Of a stretch of 64,000 bases of DNA, positions 14,423 to 25,788 are shown piece after piece. How positions within the stretch are numbered: position 1 is the stretch's first letter; each line of letters begins with the position of its first letter. A program made the position numbers and the translations under genes. The stretch is from Tricharina praecox. Taxonomy: Eukaryota. The DNA is taken from contig NW_026250410.1 of the NCBI RefSeq assembly GCF_024521635.1, positions 186,001 through 250,000 on the forward strand, in the 5' to 3' direction. Under the pieces are notes generated by a model that was not told the origin of the DNA, ran no database searches, and saw only the letters and a list, made by a program, of their open reading frames with translations.

Positions 14423-16611
14423 ATGACAATTGACGATCCGGTGTACGTTATTTGCCTTCTGCCTCGAAGTAACAAGCCTTGAAGCTTGTCGCCTTTGACT
14501 TCACAGCTAACCTAGTCGGCTCGCTTCTAGCCAGACGTCACAATTCCTCCTAAAAAAACCTCCAGTCTTTTACAGCGCAAAGATCCCCTTCAAGTGCGCT
14601 CCCCTCTGTGCTCCCTGTTCTCTGTCGTGGTTGTAATCGAGTCAAGTAGTTGAAGCTAAAGCTCCTCTCCCGTCAGGCATTGGCAGCTCCGGTCGCTCCT
14701 CTGTTCACCCGCTCCAGACCTCCTCTACTACCCGTCGAACAACCGGATATATTCGCTGAACACCGCCACCCGAAAGCGTCGACTAGTCGCAACTCTCCCG
14801 TTCAGCCCGAGATGCATCGGCGCTCGCTATGGTTGGGTGTGCGCCGGAGGTGCTGACCACGGCCACTTCGCGACCATCCGGGTACGGAAGTCCGAAGACC
14901 GCGATGGCGACGGCGACGGCGACGGCGACAATGATCCGTTTGCCACTGGGCCGGCTTATGACACGATGTCGCTCGACGGCGAGGACGAGAGTTCATCGGG
15001 CAGCAGTAGCGGGAGGGCGCGTCTCAACGTGAAGGAGCTCGGTGGCTACATAGTGAATTCAGTCACATTGCACAGACCGCCATCGTCGGCAAGTGATGAC
15101 GATGTGCTCGCCGTTTTGACGTATGGCAAACCATGCAGAAGTTTTACCCCGAAAACCCAATTCTGTCGGGGCGCTGACACTTGTTCGCGGTGAGGAAAAT
15201 AGTAATAACGACAAGACGGTTCGAATCTTTCATTTGGCCGACAACCGAGTAATCACTACACTTCATGTCGACGTCTCGACCAACCATGCTTCGATCTCTC
15301 CCGACGGACAGCACCTGGTCGTAGTCGGCGACTCCCCCGAAGTGTACTTCTACCATCCGGCCAACACTGGTTCCCGCAGTGGCTCGCCCGCTACTGGCAT
15401 CGGCGAAGCTGGATGTGGGTCGTGGATCCTATCTTCGCATCCGCCGCTTAGTGCTGGGACCGAAAACGATGCCTTGATGTCAACCAGCTTCTCGTCTTCG
15501 TCACTCCATTGCGCCGTCGCTTCGCAAGCTGGCATCATCACCATCTTCGACACACGATATCTTGCCTGTGATGACGGCTGCGATCCATTGGTCAAAGTGA
15601 TTACTTCGTCTCGCGCATTCAAGGAGCCTGGTGCCGTCCGTAGTGTCCAATTCTCTTCAGCGCCTTGGGATCTGCTGGTCTGGGCTGAACACTGCGGTAG
15701 GGTTTGCATTGCTGATGCCAGGAGTAACTTTGCGCGCCGACAGATAATCGATATTCTTTCGGGGAAAGATGAATTGATTGAGGCTGAAGTCGAGGAAGTC
15801 CAGGATCATCCGTCAGCTTGGGATATTTCGCAGAGCCTCGGCAGTCCCACCACCCTTCCCACCGGTAGGCATTCCAGAGACGACGAGGAGGCGGAAGAGC
15901 GCATCTTAATTTCGGGCGATACATCCATAAACGAACTCGCGGGCCTTGTTATTGACAACTCGAGCGAATGGCTTGCCTCACGAGTGAGGAACACACCCAG
16001 CGGCCCGGTTATTGCAGATGCGGGATCCTTATCAACGGCGCAATACCAGATGCTTCGGATGGCAGGCGTAGGTTCGGGTTTGCCTACTACCCCTGCCCTC
16101 CTGCGCGATTACCGTGAGAGACAGATTGAGCGTGAGAGGGCGCGACAACGAATTCATGATCCACCGAGGCGGAGAAACTCGATCCATCCTTCATACGCCG
16201 ATCATTCGACCTCAACACCAGCAGATCTTTCGACTGGTCCTACATCCGCTGCTGCTACGCCGAGCGAGAGGGAGAGGAGTAGACTATCTAGGGGTTCTAC
16301 TACTATCCCCTCACTGAGACCCCTCGAACAAATCACCAATCTTATCGCCGAGCAGCGTCGCCGACAGAGAAGGAGTGGACGGTTTGAGGCCGATGCAGCG
16401 TCATTCTCGTATCCGTATGCTAGTGATGGCGTGGATATTACGGGGTGCACTCTGGGACCGGATGGAAAGAAGCTGTAAGTACAACTACGACTTACCTACG
16501 TGCCCTATCTAACACCGGAATCCTAGGTATGTGGCCACCGATGGAGGTGTCGTCGAATACGGAATCGATATCGGTGGGAGGAAAGTCTTTCCTAGCATGA
16601 CTCCTCGGTAA
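14423..16611 (+). CDS. WD40-like beta-propeller protein, DUF2415 family (Gid11/Ylr149c-like), ~5 exons
   Basis: Motifs HWQLRSLL, FSPRCIGARYGWVCAGG, LGGYIVNSVTL, TNNDKTVRIF, NHASISPDGQHLVVVGDS, GAVRSVQFSSAPWDLLVWAEHCGRVCIADAR. C-terminus ITGCTLGPDGKKL-YVATDGGVVEY...FPSMTPR*. 5' exon boundaries are approximate. Confidence 0.8.
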
Positions 16612-17094
16612 TTATTGTGATTTTGCGTATTTGGCGGGTGCGTGTTTTTTTGTATTGACACATCGTCCCATTTGTTTTTATTCTGCGGTCATCTTGGTCT
16701 CCTATTTCGCTTGCTTGCATAAGGTGTTCACTTCTGGGCGGTCAGTTGTTTCCGTGTTGGCATATGATGGTCAGAATCGTGTACCCTCTATGCTTTTCTC
16801 GTTCGGGTCCCGCCTTGTTGATATCTTTGGTTCGAATTCTTTTGGCTGGTGGTGATGCGTTTGGACGTCGAGTTCATCCACCTTTGGGCGTTGGTGCAGG
16901 TCCTTTTTCAATCCGCTCTTTATCATCGATCGGGTCCGACGTGAAACCTCGAGTGACCGTGTATGATATCCCGCGGCTCAAGCAACCAATGCTGTCACTT
17001 TGCATGAGACTCCGAAGTAACACAAGTACAAGCGCATTTCACCCCACCACCTTTCAACTCAAAAGGAAAAGAAAGAGAAAAAACTTCCTTTTGC

Positions 17095-19431
17095 ATGCGC
17101 AGATTCCGGAGCATAACCACGGTTACCACAGCCTGCAACCTCCTCAGATTCCAATGCCGTAGGCACATCCAATTCCCACCCAGCCGACCATCTCCCGCCG
17201 TTCTCGTCGTCTCACGCATCGCCCGGCAAATCATGAACGAAGCTCCCACCTCCGAAGATGGCCACGACTTGATCTTCGTCCGCTCGCTCAACCTCCGAGC
17301 CACAACCGGCGTTGACTCGTGGCGACGCCCCAAGCCCCAGCCAATTCGCCTGTCGCTATGGCTCAAGACGTCAGTTGCCCTCGCCGGCTCCACCGACCAC
17401 CTGCCATACAGCATCCACTACGGCACCGTGTGCAGCGCGGTCACAAAACTCGTCGAGAAGTCCGACGTGGCGTTCAAGTCGCTCGAGCACCTGGCGGAGG
17501 ACGTGGCCGCGCTCGCCCTCGGGCACGAGATCCACGGCGAATGGGTCAAGGTCGCGATCGAGAAGCCGCGGGCGCTGCTGCGCGCCGACAGCGCGGGGAT
17601 CTCGATCGTGAGGAAGCGCGGGCCCCAGGGCGAGGTGCAGGGCGAGGGCGAGGATCGGGTGTTCATCAACGACTTGAGGCTCGTCACCATAATCGGCGTC
17701 AACCCGTGTGAGCGCGAGGAAAAACAGAATGTGGTCATCAACCTCACGCTGCATAAGCCGCGGCTTGCGGCAGAGGCGGAGGGGTTCAGTCGCCAGTATG
17801 ATTTTCGCGCGATTGCGGGGACCGTCGCGGAGCACGTCGAGAGGTCCGAGTATAAAACTGTCGAGGCGTTCGTGACGGCACTGGCGAGGGAGGCGTGCCT
17901 GACTTGTGGCGTCTCAAAGGTTACGGTTCAGGCGGAGAAGCCAAGTGCGTTGACGTTTGCGAAGGCTGCCGGTGTGAAGATAACGAGAGAAAGAAGCTTT
18001 TTTGCACTAGAGCTGCCAGAGGCGCGGGAGAGAGGCGGGAAGCATGAGGTGTTCATTGCCCTTGGAAGTAATCTCGGTGATCGGTATAAGAACATCAGTG
18101 ACGCCGTGATGGAGATGGAGAAGAGGGGGATTAGAGTCACGAGAACTAGCAGTCTGTATCAGAGTGCGCCGATGTATGTCATCGACCAGCCGACATTTCT
18201 GAATGGCGTCTGTCAGGTAGTTTTTCTCATCTATGCGGTGAAGCTCAATGCTGATGATGATCCACAGGCCGAGACAACGCTCTCCCCGGAAGACCTCCTC
18301 AAGGAGCTCAAATCTATCGAGGACTACATGGGCCGCATAAAGACGATGGAGAATGGGCCTCGCACCGTAGACCTCGACATCCTCCTCTACGATGCACTCA
18401 CAATGTCCACACCAACCCTCACGATCCCACACGCCTCCATGCTTGAGCGCGAATTCGTTCTACGGCCACTCTGCGATATCGCGCCGAACAGGGCACATCC
18501 CCTCACCTCCACAGCATTCAAACATCACCTCTCCGCGGTCCCTACACCACCCCCTTCCACCCCTTCACTCCGTACCTTCGTCCAAATCTCGCCGACGATA
18601 ACCCTTGATCCGTCCAGCCCTAAGCGTGACACATTACTTATGGCCGTGCTTAACCTGACCCCCGACTCCTTCTCGGATGGCGGAAAATACACTACGGCGA
18701 ACCTGCTGACCACAGTGGAATCCTTCATCTCCCATGGAGCTGACATAATTGACATCGGCGGGCAAAGCACACGTCCGGGGGCCGTCGACATCGGCGAAGA
18801 AGAAGAGCTCCGCCGCGTCATCCCCGCCATTCGTACAATCCGCACCAGCGGACTCACCATCCCCATCTCGGTGGATACCTTTCGGGCCAGCGTAGCACAG
18901 CAAAGCATCGAGGCCGGCGCAAATATCATCAACGATATATCCGCGGGACTGATGGATTCGGCGATGCTCTCGACCGTGGCGGGGTTGAATGTGCCAATCG
19001 TGCTGATGCATACTCGAGGAACGCCGGAAACAATGAATTCCCTTGCTAACTATGGCGATATAATTGTTGATGTCAAGCGGGAATTGGGGGAGCGCGTGCG
19101 GGCGGCCGAGGAGGCGGGGATTAGACGGTGGAATATCCTCTTGGACCCTGGCCTGGGCTTTGCGAAGACTATGGGGCAGAATCTGGATATCATCAAGAGG
19201 CTTGGAGAGATGACCGGCGGCGGGTTTCCGTGGGTGCTTGGTCCGAGTAGGAAGAGGTTTGTGGGGACTGCTACGGGAGTGCTCAGGGCGGCGGAGAGAC
19301 AGTGGGGGACTGCGGGCGCGGTCGCCGCGTGTGTGGCTGGTGGTGCAGATGTGGTCCGCGTTCATGATGTGGCCGAGATGAAGAAGGTGGTTGATATGTC
19401 TGTGGCTATTTGGAGGGGGTTTGAGGAGTGA
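17095..19431 (+). CDS. FOL1: Trifunctional folate synthesis protein (2x dihydroneopterin aldolase, HPPK, dihydropteroate synthase); one 51-nt intron 18217-18267
   Basis: DHNA motifs SIHYG/FKSLE/EKPRAL and IIGVNPCEREEKQ/YKTVE/EKPSAL. HPPK motifs IALGSNLGDR and GPRTVDLDILLY. DHPS motifs VLNLTPDSFSDGG, DIGGQSTRPG, LDPGLGFAKT, RVHDV. Confidence 0.97.
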   Translation: MRRFRSITTVTTACNLLRFQCRRHIQFPPSRPSPAVLVVSRIARQIMNEAPTSEDGHDLIFVRSLNLRATTGVDSWRRPKPQPIRLSLWLKTSVALAGSTDHLPYSIHYGTVCSAVTKLVEKSDVAFKSLEHLAEDVAALALGHEIHGEWVKVAIEKPRALLRADSAGISIVRKRGPQGEVQGEGEDRVFINDLRLVTIIGVNPCEREEKQNVVINLTLHKPRLAAEAEGFSRQYDFRAIAGTVAEHVERSEYKTVEAFVTALAREACLTCGVSKVTVQAEKPSALTFAKAAGVKITRERSFFALELPEARERGGKHEVFIALGSNLGDRYKNISDAVMEMEKRGIRVTRTSSLYQSAPMYVIDQPTFLNGVCQVVFLIYAVKLNADDDPQAETTLSPEDLLKELKSIEDYMGRIKTMENGPRTVDLDILLYDALTMSTPTLTIPHASMLEREFVLRPLCDIAPNRAHPLTSTAFKHHLSAVPTPPPSTPSLRTFVQISPTITLDPSSPKRDTLLMAVLNLTPDSFSDGGKYTTANLLTTVESFISHGADIIDIGGQSTRPGAVDIGEEEELRRVIPAIRTIRTSGLTIPISVDTFRASVAQQSIEAGANIINDISAGLMDSAMLSTVAGLNVPIVLMHTRGTPETMNSLANYGDIIVDVKRELGERVRAAEEAGIRRWNILLDPGLGFAKTMGQNLDIIKRLGEMTGGGFPWVLGPSRKRFVGTATGVLRAAERQWGTAGAVAACVAGGADVVRVHDVAEMKKVVDMSVAIWRGFEE

Positions 19432-19741
19432 TCACTCGCCTGTTGTGTATGTATAGAAAGCTAAAGCTCGACCCATTCATCGCCCTTGTATGCGACAATA
19501 AATTGATGAACATTCTCTCTCTCCCATTTATCATCCAGCCATCTATTATGGGTAACAGTTCCCCGCCAACCCCAAACCCCAAACGAACCGTATCTATAGT
19601 ACAAATGCCCCAACCCAGCGAAAAGCAAACGAAAACCCAACTCCCGCAAAGCCCATTTTGAGAAGAGAATAACATGCCTACGCGACTGTACACTCCCGGC
19701 ACCGTACCCACACGTCACCGACACCCTCACCCCCTCGCCGC

Positions 19742-20313
19742 TCAATCCATGCGAAGGTAGTAATCGATCGCCGCACTGAACGCGGCAAAACCCGCACAAC
19801 CCAACGCCGCCGCCTGGGGCCCGGCACTCGCCGCCAGCGCGCCACCAGTCAAGCACCCAGCAGCGACACCATTGTAGATATCATTCTTCGCCCTGAATCC
19901 CTCGATGCAGCACTCAGTACCCGAGAAGATAGCGCCGACCATGCCGAAGTTCTTCGCGGAGCTCCACGACCTCACGCCCATATCCTTGAAGCCGACCTTG
20001 AGCTGCTGGCGCAGCGGCAGCGAAGTGATGGGCGTGGTGCCGGCGGCCCCCGACATCGGCGTGTCGTACGACATCGACGCCATGAACAGACCGAATACTC
20101 CGCCGAGCGCGAAGCCGGCGCCGCCGGAGAGCACCGTCTTGACCGGGCACGACTCCATCGATGATTGCATCTGCGCTTGTCAGTGGTGAGGACGGAGAAC
20201 TGGGCGCAGCGGGGACACACGAGCTTGATCATCTTCTGTTGCTGCAGGTCCTCGGCTGTCATGTTCTCGTTTGAGCCGCGGCCGCCGAGAGGGTTGAAGC
20301 CGCCGAAACTCAT
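19742..20313 (-). CDS. TIM22: Mitochondrial inner-membrane translocase Tim22; exons 20313-20221, 20170-19742
   Basis: [72 protein letters not shown]. Confidence 0.95.
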
Positions 20314-20821
20314 GGTTGTAGGTTTTGTGTGGGGTGCTAGGGGAGGGGATTGGGGTGGTGGTAGGTGGTGGTAGGTATTGCGACGAGCTGGAGGTGAGGT
20401 AGAGGTGGTGAGTGGTTTCGACGGCAACTCGGACGAGGCTTAAAACTTTTTGTGGGGTGAAAATGTGAGGTGAATTTAACGTTCCGTTGCCAAGCAGGGA
20501 TCTAGACACTCTAGTCTTCCCCGTCTCCGCCTTCCGCCGGCCGAGTGACAGGGACTTCGCGCAGCGCTCGGATCAACTGGTGGTTCAGGTCTTTATAGGA
20601 TCCCGAGTTGATACAAAATGGGTCACAGCATATGATCTTGCACGAGATCAGATTGAGATTGATCCACAACACGTAGGTATTTATTTCTACAATCATATCA
20701 CCCCCATTGCTGCTAAGCCCCTACTCCAATCCTCCGGCATCAAGCATCAAGAAAAGAAGAGAACAGAGGAGAACAATTTTTATAAGATGGTTTAGGTGAA
20801 GGAAGTAATTATGCCAAGCAT

Positions 20822-21589
20822 TTACTTCTCGTAGACCCAGTCGTGGCTGGCCTGGCGGTAGCTGACGACCTCGTCCTTGCCGAACCACAGGGCAATCTCT
20901 TTCTGCGCGTTCTCGACAGAGTCGGAACCGTGGCAGACGTTGCGGCCGACATCCTACTTCCAGTTAGTAGATGCAGGATGCAATGAAGTTCGAACCAGAG
21001 AACTTACGATGGCGAAGTCACCACGGATGGTTCCGGGAGCGGAAGCCAGGGGGTTGGTGGCACCAAGAAGGACACGTCCGGTCTTGACGGCATCACGGCC
21101 CTCCCAGACCATGGCGCAGATGGGGCCCGAGTTCATGTACTCGATCAATCCAGGGAAGAAAGACTTGCCGGCGAGATCGGCGTCTATAGGAATCGTGGGT
21201 CAGTAGTTTCGCCGCGGCAGAGGGAGTGGGAATCGAGACTAACAGTGCTGCTCAAGGTGGGCCTTGCCGGGGGTGGTGAGCTTGATGGCGGCAAGCTTGA
21301 AGCCACGCTGCTCGAAGCGGCTGATGATGGGGCCAACGAGTCCACGCTGGACACCTGGTGAGAGTCAGCGTAGGTTCTTCGGATCATGGAGTGAGATGCA
21401 AATACCGTCGGGCTTGATGCTGGAGAGAGGAGGCTGATGTCAGTATTCCCATTCGTTCCAAGCTAGAAATGTTGTCACGATGAATAACGTACGCAATGAA
21501 ACTGTTTACATCGGATGTCAGTCCACTCCTCTTGATTCACATTCACCATTGTAGTCAGGAAAGGAATCATACGTCTGCTCGGAAGTCAT
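20822..21589 (-). CDS. NDK1: Nucleoside diphosphate kinase (152 aa); exons 21589-21573, 21501-21493, 21419-21406, 21354-21244, 21183-21008, 20953-20822
   Basis: Spliced: [34 protein letters not shown]...[11 protein letters not shown]...[31 protein letters not shown]...WVYEK*. Exons total 459 nt. Confidence 0.97.
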
Positions 21590-22284
21590 TCTGAAGGATA
21601 TGATGAGGTTGGTTTGGATGAGAGAGATTGGGATTCGTGATGGGATTGAGGGAACGAGGAGAAGAGAAAATGGAGGGCGCGGTGAAAGAGGAGGGGCCCA
21701 TAAAAATGGCGGGGTCCTGTCCGAGTTGCGTTTAGCTCCAAATGGTCTTGGCGACAATCCGTTGTCGGGACTACCTAGCACCGGCTGCCCTGAAGTTTTC
21801 TGGCCACACGTTCGCTCGCGTTGAGTCGACTCGTGAAGACAACGAATACATGCAGCTGGCTGTCAGACGCAAATAGTGACGGAACACGCCGCTCCCCCAC
21901 CAAAACACTGGCGGAAACTGGTTACGCAACCCACGCTGTTCTCCGCATTGATTCGAGAAAATTTGACATCAATGAGTGTTGGAATACTCAACTTCCAAGA
22001 TGTAAGTCTTTCTTAATCGTGTTATTGAGCTATAATTCTTTGGAATGTAGTGAAGTGGGTTGAAAGCGGTGGGTTGAAAGCGGTGGCTTGGTGTGAATTA
22101 TAGCGAGGATCGCTACAACCATAGTGCTCTGCAAACTCGCCAGCGTGGTTGGTAAACCGTTGGATTGAAGATTCTGGTAAAGGAACATCATGTAAACTTC
22201 TTAGGTGTGGTTGTCTTTAAAAGCTGTTGCAATTCTGACCTGGTTAACTATTTGGAAGCCGTGTTTTTGGTGTGCAACCAGTTT

Positions 22285-22305
22285 ATCACGTGAGTATCAC
22301 GTGAT
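22285..22305. promoter_or_regulatory. Tandem palindromic E-boxes ATCACGTGA x2 (candidate bHLH sites) in the NDK1/GH1 divergent region
   Basis: atcacgtga-gt-atcacgtgat, 11-bp periodicity. Confidence 0.4.
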
Positions 22306-23690
22306 ATAGTAGGTACTTGCTCCGTAGCACCAACCTCCAAACTAGGAGCTCTCGTTTTACGAGAGAGGGATCATCTTTGTCTTGAGCATCAAGCTTCTCT
22401 TTCTGCTGCCCAACGGTCCGTCGCGAGACTCTCTGCAGACCTTCCAGCCGATTAGGCTTAAGCTCTACGTGCCCCGGAGCTCCGCCCTCATAACACAGCT
22501 GCACTCCACCACTTATTACTTTCGTCTGCTGTAATGCGGCGAATGCGGTACCTAATTATGTGCATGAGCGGACAGTGAGATCAACGGCTGATATGGAGGG
22601 TTGATTGCGTCGCATCAGGCGGATAAGTTACACCCCTCTGTGCATGCCGACCGGTTAACTCGGTATCGAAAACGCCTGAACGCGTATGTAGGTTCATATG
22701 TCGCGATGATTTCCCAACGACTGGGGGTTAAGGAAGAGCGCCTCTTCGGCAGTTCGTACTCTATATCACATAGAATTCATCTTACCACCGATTGCGTCTA
22801 TATATGCAAATGGGCAATGCAGTGTCGACACCGCTACCGAAGAGGGGGCTCCCGCAACCTTGAACCCGGATTCTGGATCCCCAGAACCAGAACCGATTCT
22901 ACAAACAATCGCTATGAACGTTTTTCAACGATATCAACTTCGGGGGGCGAGTCCGGGGTCCGGGCCGTCCGTAGGGTCTAACCCACGTTGTGGTTTGTGG
23001 AGTGCATGAGGATCCACCTGGCGAAGGAAGAAACCCCTCACTGTGGGGTGTTGTGAAGCTTATCGCTGCATGGCCTTGCCCTCTACCGGCTATGAGGAGG
23101 CCCGATGTTCACCTGGGAAGGTATCTATCTCCAAAGTACACACGCAATGTTCCAGGCTGACCACTTTCTGTTGGAGATGAACAGTTTCAAGTACAAGCTC
23201 TATGTACGCAGAGCGATTAGGCATGGGAAGCCTTGATATATCTACATCGCGGGCCGTCACTCCGCCGTTCGTGATGCTCAAGCTCATATCCATTCTCCCG
23301 GTGCCGGGGGAAATGTGCTTCTAATGCGTGGGAATAGCCCATGGACATGGATTGCCCCGCCTCCAACCCTGGGACAACGCCATTGAGCACTCTATTACCC
23401 ATGTAACGGCGTCGATCTCAAAATCGGTACGGACAAACAGAGCGATTGAGTTGCCTGAATATATTTTTGAATTGCATATTCGGGGAACCCGTGTATCTAC
23501 GATGGTGTGCCTTAGGTTCTGGCTTTCTCCTGAGAAGGAAGGACACGGGGAAATAACCACATGAAGAAGGGATTCGCTGAGTATATAAAGCTTCTGGTTT
23601 GGTCCGGAGATTTGCTTCGGTACCTCTGTCGATACTTGCTTCGACGGATTTCTCATTCTATCGGTTCCATTAGGTCAATTCCTTGACAAG

Positions 23691-25788
23691 ATGTTTTCCT
23701 CGACTGCAAGAGCATTGGTACTGGCACTGCTTGCCCTTGAGGCGAGTGCTGCTCAGAAAGGCACAGTATGGCTCACTTCTTTTTTGTACCCGCAAAGCTT
23801 CGCAACTGACGTTGATACAAAAGCCTACGGTCTCCTTCAACTCCACCGCAGGAAGCACGTACCTCCCTAACAAGGACTATTCCAATGAGCAATTGGCAAT
23901 GCTCTGGTACCAGGTCGGGCCAGTCTCCACGCACCCGGTAGTGACCGCCACGGTGGAGCCTACCGCGGAGCCTTCCTCCTACGCAGGTCCAGGCGAATTC
24001 CATCCTCTGGTTGCGAGCAACTACGGAGAACAGCTCGCAGAGGCGAAGTTACCAGCCGACTTTGCGTGGGGCCTCAGTTCCTCGGCCTATCAGTAAGTCT
24101 CCCGATTACCACAACCCCACACCAAACTAACTTGGAATAAGGCTCGAGGGTGCTGCTCGCGACGAAGGCCGTGGTCCATCGATTTGGGATTTGCTCTCCC
24201 ACCGCAACCCGAATCAGGTGGCCGACAATTCGACCGGAGACGTGCTCGCTCAGCACTACTACCTCTACAAGCAAGACTTTGCCCGGCTGAAAAGCTTCGG
24301 TGCTCCCTACTACTCCCCGAGTATCTCCTGGCCTAGGATCTTCCCGTTCGGGAAGGGACCCGTGAACGAGGCTGGCTTGAAGCACTACGATGATGTTATT
24401 GCGGAGCTGGTAAAGAATGGGATTCAGCCGGCGTTGAGTTTGTTCCATTGGGACACTCCGCTTGCTTTGTTCAACCAATATGGTGTAAGTGCTGGTCTGA
24501 TCTTAGGTTTGGATGTTTTCTGACGCTGTAGTAGGGATGGACCAATCCTCAGATCATTGACGATTACCTGAACTATGCGAAGTTCATCATCACGCGGTAC
24601 GACAAATACGTGCCTATCTGGTTCTCCATCAACGAGCCTCAATACGTATGCCCACTTTCGCACTTCTTTCAAAGCAATGTAATGATGCTAACTACCTCAG
24701 TGCAACTGGCAATACTCTTACTATCCTGCCGGCAAGCTCTACCCCGATTACGGCGTCGGGCCAGGTATGGAAGCCCGCTTCCTGTGCGGACACCACACTC
24801 TGCTCGCCCATGCCAAGCTCTCCAAGTGGTATCACAACGAATTCAAAGGCCGCGGTCGTATCACCTTCAAGAACAGTGGCAACTACTTCCAGCCCATGAC
24901 CAACTCGACTGCCGACCTTGCAGCAGCCCAGCGCAGCTATGATTTCGTCCTTGGCTGGTTCGGTGGAGTGTGGAGCGACGGAGACTACCCGCAGTCCCTC
25001 AAAGACACCCTGGGTGACCTCCTCCCTAAGTTTACCGAGAAGGAGAAGGAGATTGTCAAAGGCTCGTGCGACTTCTTCGCCATCGACGCATACACCGCCT
25101 TCTACGTCGGCGAGCTGTCGGGTGGCGTGGAGGCATGTGCCGGAAACAAGACTCACCCCAGCTTCCCCGAGTGCGTCAACCAGACTGCGATCGGACCCGA
25201 CGGCTTTGGAATCGGCCCGGCTGCGGACCTTGGCGCAAGCTGGCTCAAGAACACTCCCGTTGGAGTCCGCAAGTTCCTCAGCCACATCACTAAGGTGCTG
25301 TTCCCCGCCGTCAAGGATATCCAGGTCACCGAGTTCGGTTTTGCCGAACCCTTCGAGAGTGATTACACCAATGTCCAGGACGCCACATGGGATCTAAGGC
25401 GGTCGGATTACATCCAGGGCTTCTTAGATAACATTCTTCTCGCCATCACGGAAGATAAAGTCAACGTGACTGGAGCTTACGTGTGGTCTATCTGTAAGTT
25501 CTTTCGAGTGCGCAGACTGTAGACGATGGGCTAATCAAGGTTCAATCGCAGTCGACAACTTCGAGTGGGGCTCCGGAATTAAGACACGCTTTGGTCTGCA
25601 GTACCTCAATTACGATACCTTGGAGCGAACCCCTAAGGCCAGTTGGTTCCAAACCCGGAACTGGTTCAAGTAAGTTTTCCTACCACTCTTACAATCTGCA
25701 CAGTTTACTGATATTCTGCAGGCGACATGGCGCAAGGTTCATTGGCGACAGCGCATCCGCACCCGGTAATTACACCAGGAAAATGTAG
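23691..25788 (+). CDS. Glycoside hydrolase family 1 beta-glucosidase with signal peptide (~7 exons)
   Basis: Signal-like N-terminus [23 protein letters not shown]1 motifs [15 protein letters not shown]...[28 protein letters not shown] (acid/base), VTEFG (nucleophile), DNFEWGSG...FGLQY. Confidence 0.93.

Noticed and set aside
21590..21781. In-frame non-ATG upstream extension of NDK1 (possible targeting isoform)
   Set aside because: Begins at GTG in likely promoter sequence and runs through the CT-rich leader. Not presequence-like.
21821..23660. Several 60-126 aa ORFs in the NDK1-GH1 spacer (possible pseudogene)
   Set aside because: No family resemblance or consistent splice model found.
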